Shown here piece by piece: positions 32,336-40,333 of a DNA stretch of 64,000 bases. The stretch covers positions 101,765 to 165,764 of the forward strand of contig NZ_CALROT020000004.1 in the NCBI RefSeq assembly GCF_943369875.1. The letters are read 5' to 3'. The notes beneath the pieces were generated by a model. The model did not search any database, was not told where the DNA came from, and saw only the letters and a list, made by a program, of their open reading frames with translations. The stretch is from Vulcanococcus limneticus LL (GTDB taxonomy: Bacteria > Cyanobacteriota > Cyanobacteriia > PCC-6307 > Cyanobiaceae). The number at the start of each line of letters is the position of its first letter. Positions within the stretch are counted from its first letter, which is position 1. The position numbers were made by a program, and so were the translations under genes.

Positions 32336-32611
32336 TTGCCGCGTCACCATGACCCCTGGGAGTCGTTTCGCCTCTGGCTGGCTTTAACGCTTGCCCTGTA
32401 CGCCATCAGGGCGATCTTCGCAGCCCGGTTGCCCGGAGCCATTCCCGGCTGGATTCTGCTGCTGATGGTTCTGGTGAGTGTTGTGATGGCGGCGAAGGCC
32501 CTGCTGTTCCCCGGCAGGGTCATCCCCTACCGAGAGGGCGACGGCGGCTGGTGGACCGACGTGAGCGACGACTGGCGCCTGTGGTGGCAACGCCGGCGGC
32601 AGGGGCGATGA
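32336..32611 (+). CDS. Small two-TM hypothetical protein
   Basis: TTG start; two hydrophobic helices; Trp/Arg-rich tail; stop overlaps the next ATG (ATGA). Confidence 0.6.
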   Translation: MPRHHDPWESFRLWLALTLALYAIRAIFAARLPGAIPGWILLLMVLVSVVMAAKALLFPGRVIPYREGDGGWWTDVSDDWRLWWQRRRQGR

Positions 32612-33372
32612 GCACCACGGCCCAACTGCACCTGCGCGACACCCCCAGCAAGCGGCTGGCGCTGCAGAGCGGCCAACCGCTGACCATCGGCAGCGCCAGC
32701 AACAACCGCCTGGCCCTGGTGAGCCAGCCGGGTGTATCCCCTCACCATGCGGTGGTGCGTTACACCGCCAGCAACGGCTGGGTGGTGTGCGACTGGCAGA
32801 GCAGCGATGGCACCTATCTGGAGGGGGAGCGAATCCGACGCTGCCGCCCCCTGAGCGATGGGGATGAGATCCGTCTGGGGCGGGATGGACCGGTGCTGGT
32901 GTTCAACCTGGAGACGCCCGCTCCGACGGAGGCCCCAGCGTCCAAGGCCCCCGCCCATGCGGCATCGGCGCAAGCCGCACCGAGCCCTGGCACGCGAACA
33001 CCACAGGGGACCAGTGCTGCGCCACGAACGCCGCCGCCTCGCACGATCGACATCGACGGCACCACCGTGCCCGTGAACCAGATCCGATCGGCGGTGGTGC
33101 TCAGCGAACCCCTCTACCCGAAGATCTTCAGCTGGTGGGTGCTCGCCTGCCTGGGTGGCCTGCTGCTGCTGCCCTTCCCGCTGCTGTTCTGGCCATTGGA
33201 GCTGGCGGCTCTGTGCGGCTGGATTGTGCTGGGCTCCCGCAAGAGCCACACCCTGTTGATCGTCCAGCACGACGGCCAGGCGCAGCGACGTGCCTTTGCC
33301 AACCGGGTGACCGCTCTCTCACACCGGAACGGCATCCGCAAGGCCATCGGTCAGAGTCTCGAGAACCCCTGA
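32608..33372 (+). CDS. FHA-like domain protein with a C-terminal two-TM hairpin domain
   Basis: LTIGS...VSPHHAVV...SSDGTYLEG...LSDGDEIRLG; Pro/Ala linker; beta-TM-TM-beta tail reminiscent of DUF6232 (low confidence). Confidence 0.8.
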   Translation: MSTTAQLHLRDTPSKRLALQSGQPLTIGSASNNRLALVSQPGVSPHHAVVRYTASNGWVVCDWQSSDGTYLEGERIRRCRPLSDGDEIRLGRDGPVLVFNLETPAPTEAPASKAPAHAASAQAAPSPGTRTPQGTSAAPRTPPPRTIDIDGTTVPVNQIRSAVVLSEPLYPKIFSWWVLACLGGLLLLPFPLLFWPLELAALCGWIVLGSRKSHTLLIVQHDGQAQRRAFANRVTALSHRNGIRKAIGQSLENP

Positions 33373-33379
33373 GGACCCC

Positions 33380-34732
33380 GTGACCTGGATACTGCCGGAA
33401 GGCGCCTGGATGCAATTCGAAGGCCTGAGCAGCCCCGTCCAGGTGTTGCGAGGCCTGGGCGGGGGCACCCAGGGGCAGGTGTTTGAGGTGGCGGTGGGCG
33501 GCGAGCGTCTGGCGCTCAAGTGGTATCTGCCCAGCTGCCTGGAGAGAGATCCGCACCTGGAACGGAGGCTGCTGGAGAGCATCCGCGCCACCGCACCCAG
33601 TCGTGCCTTCCTCTGGCCGATCACGCTGCTGCGCCCCTCCGCCTCCAGCCTGCCGTTGATCCGTAGCAAGAATCCCGGCTTCGGCTATCTGATGGAGCTG
33701 CGGCCGCCTCAGTTCGTCGGCGCGGTGGAGCACTACGGCGGTCGGCTCGAGATCAGTCTGCGCCAGGCCCTCAGGGCCAGCTTTTTCCTGGCCGAGGCCT
33801 TTCACGCGCTGCACAGCAAAGGCCTTTGTTACAAGGACATCTCTCTTGGCAATCTGTTCCTGGAGGCGGCAACGGGTCGCATCCTGATCTGCGATAACGA
33901 CAACGTGGATGTGGATGGCCGCGACCTCGGCAGCGTGCTCGGCACCCCGGGATTCATGGCTCCCGAAATCCTGATGAGACGGGGCAGACCCGGTGCCAAC
34001 AGCGATCTCTTCTCGATCGCCGTACTGCTGTTCATGCTGCTGACCCGACACCATCCACTCCGCGGACAGATGGAGCTGGCCATTCGCTGCCTGGATGAAC
34101 CGGCGCGCCGCAAGCTCTACGGGGAGGATCCGGTGTTCATCTTCGACCCACAGGACTGCCGAAACCGGCCCGATCCAACGGAGCACGCTGCCGCTCTGCT
34201 GCTCTGGCCGATCTATCCGATACCCCTTCAGGAGCTGTTCATTCAATCCTTCTGCACAGGCATGCATGCCCCCAGCCAACGGGCCCTCACCGGGCAGTGG
34301 ATGGAGAAGCTGGCCGCCGTGCTCGACCAGCGCCAGACCTGTCCCGCCTGCGGCTCGGAGCACTTCAGTTCCCAGACCACCTGTTGGTATTGCGCCGAGC
34401 CCCTGGGCATCGCTGCGGCGTTGCGCATGGCCAACGGTCGGGTGATGGCCTGCACCGATAACGAGCTACATGCCCACCACTTCAACAGCCTGGAGGCACC
34501 GCGCCTCGATGAGCCGATCGCGCGCGTGGTGGCCCACCCCAGCGACCCCAGGCTGCTTGGACTGCGAAACCTGAGCGATCAGCCCTGGCGGGCCACGGCT
34601 GCGGGGGGCCAGCAGCATGCCGTTGCCCCAGGCAAAACATGTAATCTCGCAGCGCTTCTCCAGCTCGACACACCCTGGGGTGCGGTGCGCCTGGAGCCCG
34701 CCAGAAGCGAGCACCTCAGCACGCGATCCTGA
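33380..34732 (+). CDS. Soluble Ser/Thr protein kinase of the YegI / TerY-P type with a Cys4 zinc ribbon
   Basis: LGGGTQGQV, LALKWY, CYKDISLGN, ICDNDN in place of DFG, GTPGFMAPE, SDLFS; CPACG...CWYC. Confidence 0.92.
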   Translation: MTWILPEGAWMQFEGLSSPVQVLRGLGGGTQGQVFEVAVGGERLALKWYLPSCLERDPHLERRLLESIRATAPSRAFLWPITLLRPSASSLPLIRSKNPGFGYLMELRPPQFVGAVEHYGGRLEISLRQALRASFFLAEAFHALHSKGLCYKDISLGNLFLEAATGRILICDNDNVDVDGRDLGSVLGTPGFMAPEILMRRGRPGANSDLFSIAVLLFMLLTRHHPLRGQMELAIRCLDEPARRKLYGEDPVFIFDPQDCRNRPDPTEHAAALLLWPIYPIPLQELFIQSFCTGMHAPSQRALTGQWMEKLAAVLDQRQTCPACGSEHFSSQTTCWYCAEPLGIAAALRMANGRVMACTDNELHAHHFNSLEAPRLDEPIARVVAHPSDPRLLGLRNLSDQPWRATAAGGQQHAVAPGKTCNLAALLQLDTPWGAVRLEPARSEHLSTRS

Positions 34733-35466
34733 TGCCCGGCTTTCCAAACGTTCGTCTGGCCAACCGGCCGCTGCATTTCTTCTATCTGTGCGATTGCTCC
34801 GGCTCGATGGCCGCCCAGGGCAAGATGCAGTCGCTCAACCAGGCGATTCGGCAGTCGCTGCCGGGCATGGCCAACGTTGCCCGCGACAACCCGGAGGCCC
34901 GGGTGCTGGTAAGGGCTGTGGCCTTCTCCGATCAGGCCAGCTGGCATATCGCTGAGCCCACCTCGGTGGAGACACTGCAGTGGCGTGACCTTGAGGCCGG
35001 AGGGGTGACCGCCATGGGCGACGCCCTGAGGCTGGTGGCCGAGCAGCTGCACACCCCACCGATGGAGGAGCGAGCGCTTCCCCCCGTGCTGGTGCTGATC
35101 TCCGATGGCCAGCCCACCGACGATTTTGAAGCCGGCCTCGAACGGCTGATGCGCGAACCCTGGGCTCAGAAGGCCGTGCGCCTGGCAATCGCCCTCGGCC
35201 ACGATGCCGATCTGGAGGTGCTGCAGCAGTTCATCGGGCCCGCACCCGCCAACCAGCGCGAGCGTTCCCCGCGCAGGCCGCTGCAGGCCAGCAACGCAAC
35301 CTCCCTGGCCCAGTACATCCAATGGGCCTCGACGGCGGTGGTCGGAGCGGCCTCGATGCCCGTGAGCCGGATGGCTGACTCCCAGGACACCGGCAGTACC
35401 CCTCTGCCGGATCTGCCTCCCACCGAAATGGATCCGATCGGCGACGTTGGCCCCATGGTCTGGTGA
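34732..35466 (+). CDS. terY: TerY-like von Willebrand factor A domain protein
   Basis: RPLHFFYLCDCSGSM (MIDAS DxSxS), GGVTAMGDAL, VLISDGQPTDD; lies between a kinase and a PP2C. Confidence 0.85.
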   Translation: MPGFPNVRLANRPLHFFYLCDCSGSMAAQGKMQSLNQAIRQSLPGMANVARDNPEARVLVRAVAFSDQASWHIAEPTSVETLQWRDLEAGGVTAMGDALRLVAEQLHTPPMEERALPPVLVLISDGQPTDDFEAGLERLMREPWAQKAVRLAIALGHDADLEVLQQFIGPAPANQRERSPRRPLQASNATSLAQYIQWASTAVVGAASMPVSRMADSQDTGSTPLPDLPPTEMDPIGDVGPMVW

Positions 35467-36980
35467 CTGAGGTGTCTGGGTCCTGGAGCTGGTCCGCACC
35501 GCTGCATCGCAGCCGCTGCGGCGCCTCCCATCAACGCCGTGGGGTGCCCTGCCAGGACGCCTCCTCGTGCGCCAGTCTGCGCAGTGCCGATGGACTGCCG
35601 GTGGGCCTGATGGCCGTGGCCGACGGCCACGGCGGCAGCCGCTACTGGCTCAGTGATGTGGGAAGCCGGCTGGCTTGCGACCTGGCCCTGCAGCTGGCCG
35701 CCAAGGATCTGGCCAGGCGTCCTCTGAGCACCCCTGGAGCGGATGCGCTCGGGGCTGTTCGGCAGTGGCTGGCAGATGAGCTGCCCTCTCAGCTGGTAGC
35801 GGCCTGGCAAGAAGCCATCCAGGCCGACTGGCAACAACGGGACCTGCCGCCGGAGCATCAGGGCGAGTCGTTCTCCGCCCAGACCTACGGCAGCACCCTG
35901 GCCCTGGTGGTGCTGACTCCCCACTGGTGGGCCCACACCGGGCTGGGCGACTGGGATCTGGTGCTGCTGAGCGACCATCAGCCCGATCAGCTCATCAGCC
36001 AGGAGGCCGACAAAGGCCACCAGGGTGAGGCCACGGAGAGCCTCTGCCTGCCGAGCGCCAGCCGCTGCTTTGCCTCCCGCACCGCCGTGTACCCCCTCAG
36101 CGGCGACCAGCGCCAGGCCTGCGGGCTGGTGCTCAGCACCGATGGCATCCGCAAATCCTGCGCCACCGACGCCGACCACCTGGCTCTGAGCCGCTACCTG
36201 CTGGAGGAAGCCCAGACGCACAAGGCCATCGCTGCGGGCAGCTCGGAGCGGCTGGACACCAGCCTTGATCGCATCAGCCGCGAGGGCAGTGGCGACGACG
36301 TCAGCGTGGCCCTGGCCTGCTTCGGGAGCCTGCAGCCCGGGGCGGTGCCATCGCAACCGGTGCCAATGGCGGCTTTGCCCGATCTGACGCCGCTACCACG
36401 GCTGCCGGAACATCCCAGACTTGCGGCGGAGCAGCCGAGTCCCCAATCCAGACGGGGGCGACGGCAAGCCAGACCAACAGCAGGCCCAGCTCTCCTGCGA
36501 ATTGGCGTGGGACTCGCGACGGGCAGCGCCCTGCTTGTAGCTGCCTGGGTTTGGTTGAGACCGGCACTCTTGCGGCCCTTCTCCACGCCAACCACGTTCG
36601 CCGAGCCCAGCCAGGACATCCCGGCGCGACTGACGGCCACTCAGCAAAACAGCATTCAGCTGGAAATCAAAAGGCTCTGCAGGATGGAGCAGGCCCTGAT
36701 CGAATCCACACTGAACCAACGCAAGGAAATTCCCAAGCACAGCCGTGAGCAACCCAGACACATCGAACGACTCCTGGCCGACAACGATTGGCAGGGCAGC
36801 TTGATTGCCCTCAACCGCCCAGGCAGCACACAGCAAACGCAACTTGCAGCCTTGTGCCCTGCTCTCAACAAAGCATTGAAAGCCTACTGGGCAAAACACA
36901 TTCAGCCTCAGCAGGGCAGAGAGTTCAGTAAGCAAGCCGCACCCACAGACGACCAGCCCACCGTCTCAACAGATCCATGA
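35463..36980 (+). CDS. YegK-like PP2C-family phosphatase with a TM helix and a C-terminal extracytoplasmic domain
   Basis: GASHQRRGVPCQDA, AVADGHGG, GLGD, LSTDG, SGDDVSV; TM LRIGVGLATGSALLVAAWVWL; GTGA overlap with the vWA gene. Confidence 0.88.
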   Translation: MTEVSGSWSWSAPLHRSRCGASHQRRGVPCQDASSCASLRSADGLPVGLMAVADGHGGSRYWLSDVGSRLACDLALQLAAKDLARRPLSTPGADALGAVRQWLADELPSQLVAAWQEAIQADWQQRDLPPEHQGESFSAQTYGSTLALVVLTPHWWAHTGLGDWDLVLLSDHQPDQLISQEADKGHQGEATESLCLPSASRCFASRTAVYPLSGDQRQACGLVLSTDGIRKSCATDADHLALSRYLLEEAQTHKAIAAGSSERLDTSLDRISREGSGDDVSVALACFGSLQPGAVPSQPVPMAALPDLTPLPRLPEHPRLAAEQPSPQSRRGRRQARPTAGPALLRIGVGLATGSALLVAAWVWLRPALLRPFSTPTTFAEPSQDIPARLTATQQNSIQLEIKRLCRMEQALIESTLNQRKEIPKHSREQPRHIERLLADNDWQGSLIALNRPGSTQQTQLAALCPALNKALKAYWAKHIQPQQGREFSKQAAPTDDQPTVSTDP

Positions 36981-37045
36981 ATCCAACCTGCTCCGCCTCC
37001 ATTCAGCCTCCTCAATCCCCACGCGAGCACGGCGGCCAGTTATGA
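36977..37045 (+). CDS. 22-aa bridging mini-ORF (MNPTCSASIQPPQSPREHGGQL)
   Basis: ATG overlaps the PP2C stop (ATGA) and its TGA overlaps the next ATG (ATGA); may be coincidental. Confidence 0.3.
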   Translation: MNPTCSASIQPPQSPREHGGQL

Positions 37046-37986
37046 CGGACTACGCACTGGGCAGCGCGATCCGAGCAGCCCTGGATCAACCCGGATCATC
37101 AGGCTCCCGAAGCGTTGAGTCTCGCCTGCCGCAGCTGGTGGCTGCCGATCAGCAGGATCTGCTGCCGGCCCTCAGCTTCCTGCTGCGCTCGCGCGCCATG
37201 GCCAGCGCCCTGGCCCAGCCCAGCGGCCGTGATGACGGCCGCATCGCCGCCCGACTACTGGCGGAGGTGGAAGCCCAGTACAGCCCGGCCATCTGCCAGA
37301 GGCTCCAGGGGGTGATCCAAGGGATGGTCGGGATGCCCGAGCGACAGGCGCCGCACCCCAGCCCCGCCTGGAGCCCGGTGCCACCGGCTCAGGCGGTGGT
37401 CAACCAGCCGGCGGTCACCACCCTGGTGACCACGAGCAGCAGCGGCAGCAGCTGGGTGGTGGCTCTGCTCTGCTTCCTGATCGGCATCGTGGGGAGCGGG
37501 CTGCTGTTGTTGCTCTGGCAGCAGCAGCAGCAGCAGGGCAAACAAGCCGTCAATGTCAGCGCGACGCCCCCCGCACCGACGAACCCACCGGAGCCGCAGC
37601 CGTCCAGCCCAGTGGCACCGGCTAGTGAACCAAGCGCCGCACCGGCCGGCACCGCAGCGATCGATGCCGCCGTGGCCAGCATTCAGGAGCTCTATGCCGC
37701 CCTCTCCGCCAAGGATTATGCAAGCGCCTCCAACCACTACGGCGGCCAGGCCGCCGATCAGTTTGATCCCACCTTCTTCAACCAATTCGAACGGGTGACC
37801 GTGGCGGATCTCCGCCAGACCAGCAGCGCCGGCTCAACGATGAATTTCGAAGGCGTGGTGACCTTTGTCTATCCGAATGGCGATGTTCAGACCGAATCCC
37901 GTAGCTTCACGATGGATACCCGCACCACGCCCGTGCTGATCACCAGCAGCGAATTCGGACGGGTGCTTCAGCCCCGCCGTGGCTAA
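37042..37986 (+). CDS. Island paralogue P1: N-terminal helical domain, TM, Pro linker, NTF2/SnoaL-like extracytoplasmic domain
   Basis: DYALG...YSPAICQRL; TM WVVALLCFLIGIVGSGLLLLLW; C-terminal IQELYAALSAKDY...QFDPTFFNQFERV...ESRSF. Confidence 0.8.
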   Translation: MTDYALGSAIRAALDQPGSSGSRSVESRLPQLVAADQQDLLPALSFLLRSRAMASALAQPSGRDDGRIAARLLAEVEAQYSPAICQRLQGVIQGMVGMPERQAPHPSPAWSPVPPAQAVVNQPAVTTLVTTSSSGSSWVVALLCFLIGIVGSGLLLLLWQQQQQQGKQAVNVSATPPAPTNPPEPQPSSPVAPASEPSAAPAGTAAIDAAVASIQELYAALSAKDYASASNHYGGQAADQFDPTFFNQFERVTVADLRQTSSAGSTMNFEGVVTFVYPNGDVQTESRSFTMDTRTTPVLITSSEFGRVLQPRRG

Positions 37987-38026
37987 TTAGCCGGCCGGTA
38001 GGCTCAACGCACTCACAGCTGCGCCC

Positions 38027-38986
38027 TTGGCTTCAACCTCTGACCACGCGCTGGGGCAACGACTGGCCCAGCTGATCCAGCAGAGCGGAGACTCAGCCTT
38101 TGAAGGCGGTGTGCTCAGCCGCCGGTTGCAGGCTCAGCTCCAGGATCTGCTCGGTGCCGAGACCTCGCTGCTCAACCCGCTCCGGGATCTGCTGCAGCGA
38201 CCCAGCTTCCGGCAGCTCTTCAGCCTGGGCAGCCAGGGACAGCTCCTCCATGCTCGCGACGCCCTGCTGCGGGATCTGGCTGACGTCTACAGCCCAACAG
38301 TGCTGAACAGGCTGGATGCGGTGCTGCAGGGGTGCCTCAACCTGCACGGGGCCGCTGCCGCCACCTGGCCGGCAGCGGCTCCCCCATCCACCGTCAGGAG
38401 CGCAGCACCAGCCGGCCCGTCAGCCTCCTGGTCATCAGCACCCAGCAGCCAACCCCCTCCTGTCGCCTCCGCGCCCCCCACGGTGGTGACCATCCCCACC
38501 CATGCGCAGGGGCCGACGTCCATCCTGATCGCGCTGCTGGCCCTGATCTGCGGCGCGCTGGTGATGGCCCTGGCGGGGGTGCTGATCGGCAACCGCAGCA
38601 CCAACGGCACCACCAGCCCACCGGCCGCCACGAAGCCGAGCAGCCCTCCAGCACCGACTGCTCCCCTCATCCAACCGGCACCCGAACCGCCGCGGTCAGA
38701 GCCGGAGGCCGCAACGGCCGGCCAGTGGCAGGCTTGCGTGGATTACGGCGGCAACGATGGTCCACCTCCCCAGCCCGGCCAAACATGGTGGCCGGTGGTG
38801 GGCCCCGGCGAAGCCCTCGAAGCCTCCCGCCTGCATTGCCGCGGCGACGCCTTCACCAATGCCAACGGCAATGCGCAGGTCGCCAGCTTTCGCGATCGCG
38901 ATACAGCAGCAGCCTTCGCCCAGCAGCTCACCGAAGACAGCAGTCATCCCTACAGCTTCTGGGTTGGCGACCCCACGCAGCGCTGA
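38027..38986 (+). CDS. Island paralogue P2: N-terminal helical domain, TM, SPOR-like C-terminal domain
   Basis: DHALG...YSPTVLNRL; TM ILIALLALICGALVMALAGVLI; QVASFRDRDTAAAFAQQL resembles the SPOR beta-alpha unit. Confidence 0.75.
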   Translation: MASTSDHALGQRLAQLIQQSGDSAFEGGVLSRRLQAQLQDLLGAETSLLNPLRDLLQRPSFRQLFSLGSQGQLLHARDALLRDLADVYSPTVLNRLDAVLQGCLNLHGAAAATWPAAAPPSTVRSAAPAGPSASWSSAPSSQPPPVASAPPTVVTIPTHAQGPTSILIALLALICGALVMALAGVLIGNRSTNGTTSPPAATKPSSPPAPTAPLIQPAPEPPRSEPEAATAGQWQACVDYGGNDGPPPQPGQTWWPVVGPGEALEASRLHCRGDAFTNANGNAQVASFRDRDTAAAFAQQLTEDSSHPYSFWVGDPTQR

Positions 38987-40171
38987 TCAGGCGCAGCTGC
39001 GCCGCACCTGCGTATAGACCTGCTCAAACCGATCCCACCGGAAGCTGCGGGGGTCGTAGCGACTGCGGCTGCGATCCACCGCGGCATGCGTCGTGATCCG
39101 CTCCAAGGGGATCCCATAGAGAGCCTGCCAGCGCAAGATCTGTTCAGCCAAGGCTCGGTATTGCGCTTCGGTGTATCCCGAGTGCCCGCCCTGATCGCCA
39201 CGGCCATCCTCAGGACTCTCCAGGCTGACATGCAAAGCAATGTTGTTGATGGATGGTGGATTGTTTGCCGAAGTCTTGAAGCTGAGATCCCCAAAAGCAG
39301 AATCGCCAGCGCCATAGGCACGGGCCTGGTCGGGCACGATGCGCACTCTCTCTCCATCACGCCCGATCAACACGTGATAACTGCCCTGGGCCGAATCATT
39401 GGCCTGATCACGCTGGAAGAGCTCAACCGTTGAGGGCAGATCCAGAACCGTTTCATGCAACACGATCAGTGCAGGTTCTGCCGGGATGGCAGCACCGCTG
39501 GCGTCCTGCGTCTGCCGTTTGCCAAAGTTGCTGGCCGCCGCCAGCCGCTGGGTCTCCTGCTGGGGTGACCCCAGACGGGCGCAACGGTCCAGGCCATCCA
39601 CCGCCACGGGCGTGGCTGGCGCGCGCAACGATGAACCTGCGGTGCCCGTGGCCGGAGAACCTGCCGGCGCAAGGGCCGGATCGATCGCTGGGAGGGGTGG
39701 TGCCGCCACTCGAAACGCGGTCAGTCCCAGCCAACTGAGGCCCGCGCCGATGGCCACACCCACGCCCAGCCCCAGCAGCCAGCTGCGTAGATCGGGCTCC
39801 TGCCGATCTGCGGACAGCCCCGAGGCAGGAGCTGAATCCCCACCCTCCTGCCAGCCCTCCAGCAAGCCATCGAGGAAGGCCTGCTGCGGCGACACGCTGT
39901 CGGCCGGAAGGCTCCGACCAGCGCCATCCAGCAGCTCCTTCAGGGCCTGAGCACGGGCGCCATCCTGATCCGAAGCCAGCAGGGTGACGCAGGCCGGGTG
40001 GCGCAGCAGGGTGATCAGGCATTCCCGCAGCTGAGGCTGATCAGCCAGCAAGTGCTGCAACGCATGGGCGATGGCAGCCGGTACCTCCTCCGACGCCAGT
40101 CCACGCCTGCGCGCCGATAACACCAGGCCTCGAGCCAGGGAGAAGAGATCGGAGGCCTGCTGAGAGCGCAT
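38987..40171 (-). CDS. Membrane-anchored N-acetylmuramoyl-L-alanine amidase (Amidase_2) with a diverged island N-terminal domain
   Basis: IVLHET, GSYHVLIGRDG, SLES, YTEAQYRAL, ITTH...YDP Zn-ligand pattern; TM WLLGLGVGVAIGAGLSWLGL. Confidence 0.88.
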   Translation of the reverse strand: MRSQQASDLFSLARGLVLSARRRGLASEEVPAAIAHALQHLLADQPQLRECLITLLRHPACVTLLASDQDGARAQALKELLDGAGRSLPADSVSPQQAFLDGLLEGWQEGGDSAPASGLSADRQEPDLRSWLLGLGVGVAIGAGLSWLGLTAFRVAAPPLPAIDPALAPAGSPATGTAGSSLRAPATPVAVDGLDRCARLGSPQQETQRLAAASNFGKRQTQDASGAAIPAEPALIVLHETVLDLPSTVELFQRDQANDSAQGSYHVLIGRDGERVRIVPDQARAYGAGDSAFGDLSFKTSANNPPSINNIALHVSLESPEDGRGDQGGHSGYTEAQYRALAEQILRWQALYGIPLERITTHAAVDRSRSRYDPRSFRWDRFEQVYTQVRRSCA

Positions 40172-40305
40172 CAGGAGTCAGCCTGGTGAAACGGGAGAGA
40201 GGAACCAAGGCGCCGCCCCGGAGCAGCACAGGCCACCCAGGAGCGCGCATAGGGCAGCGCCCAGAAGTACTGCGGAGCTGCTCAGCCCCAGGTTCACGCC
40301 GATCC

Positions 40306-40311
40306 TATACT
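40306..40311 (+). promoter_or_regulatory. Possible -10 element for P3
   Basis: TATACT in an AT-rich spacer 23 bp before the TTG at 40334. Confidence 0.35.
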
Positions 40312-40333
40312 GATAACAGCGACAAAAAAGTCC

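Noticed and set aside
38983-38990. CTGATCAG palindrome where two stop codons abut (also near 53152)
   Set aside because: An automatic result of convergent TGA stops; the same arrangement occurs between core genes.
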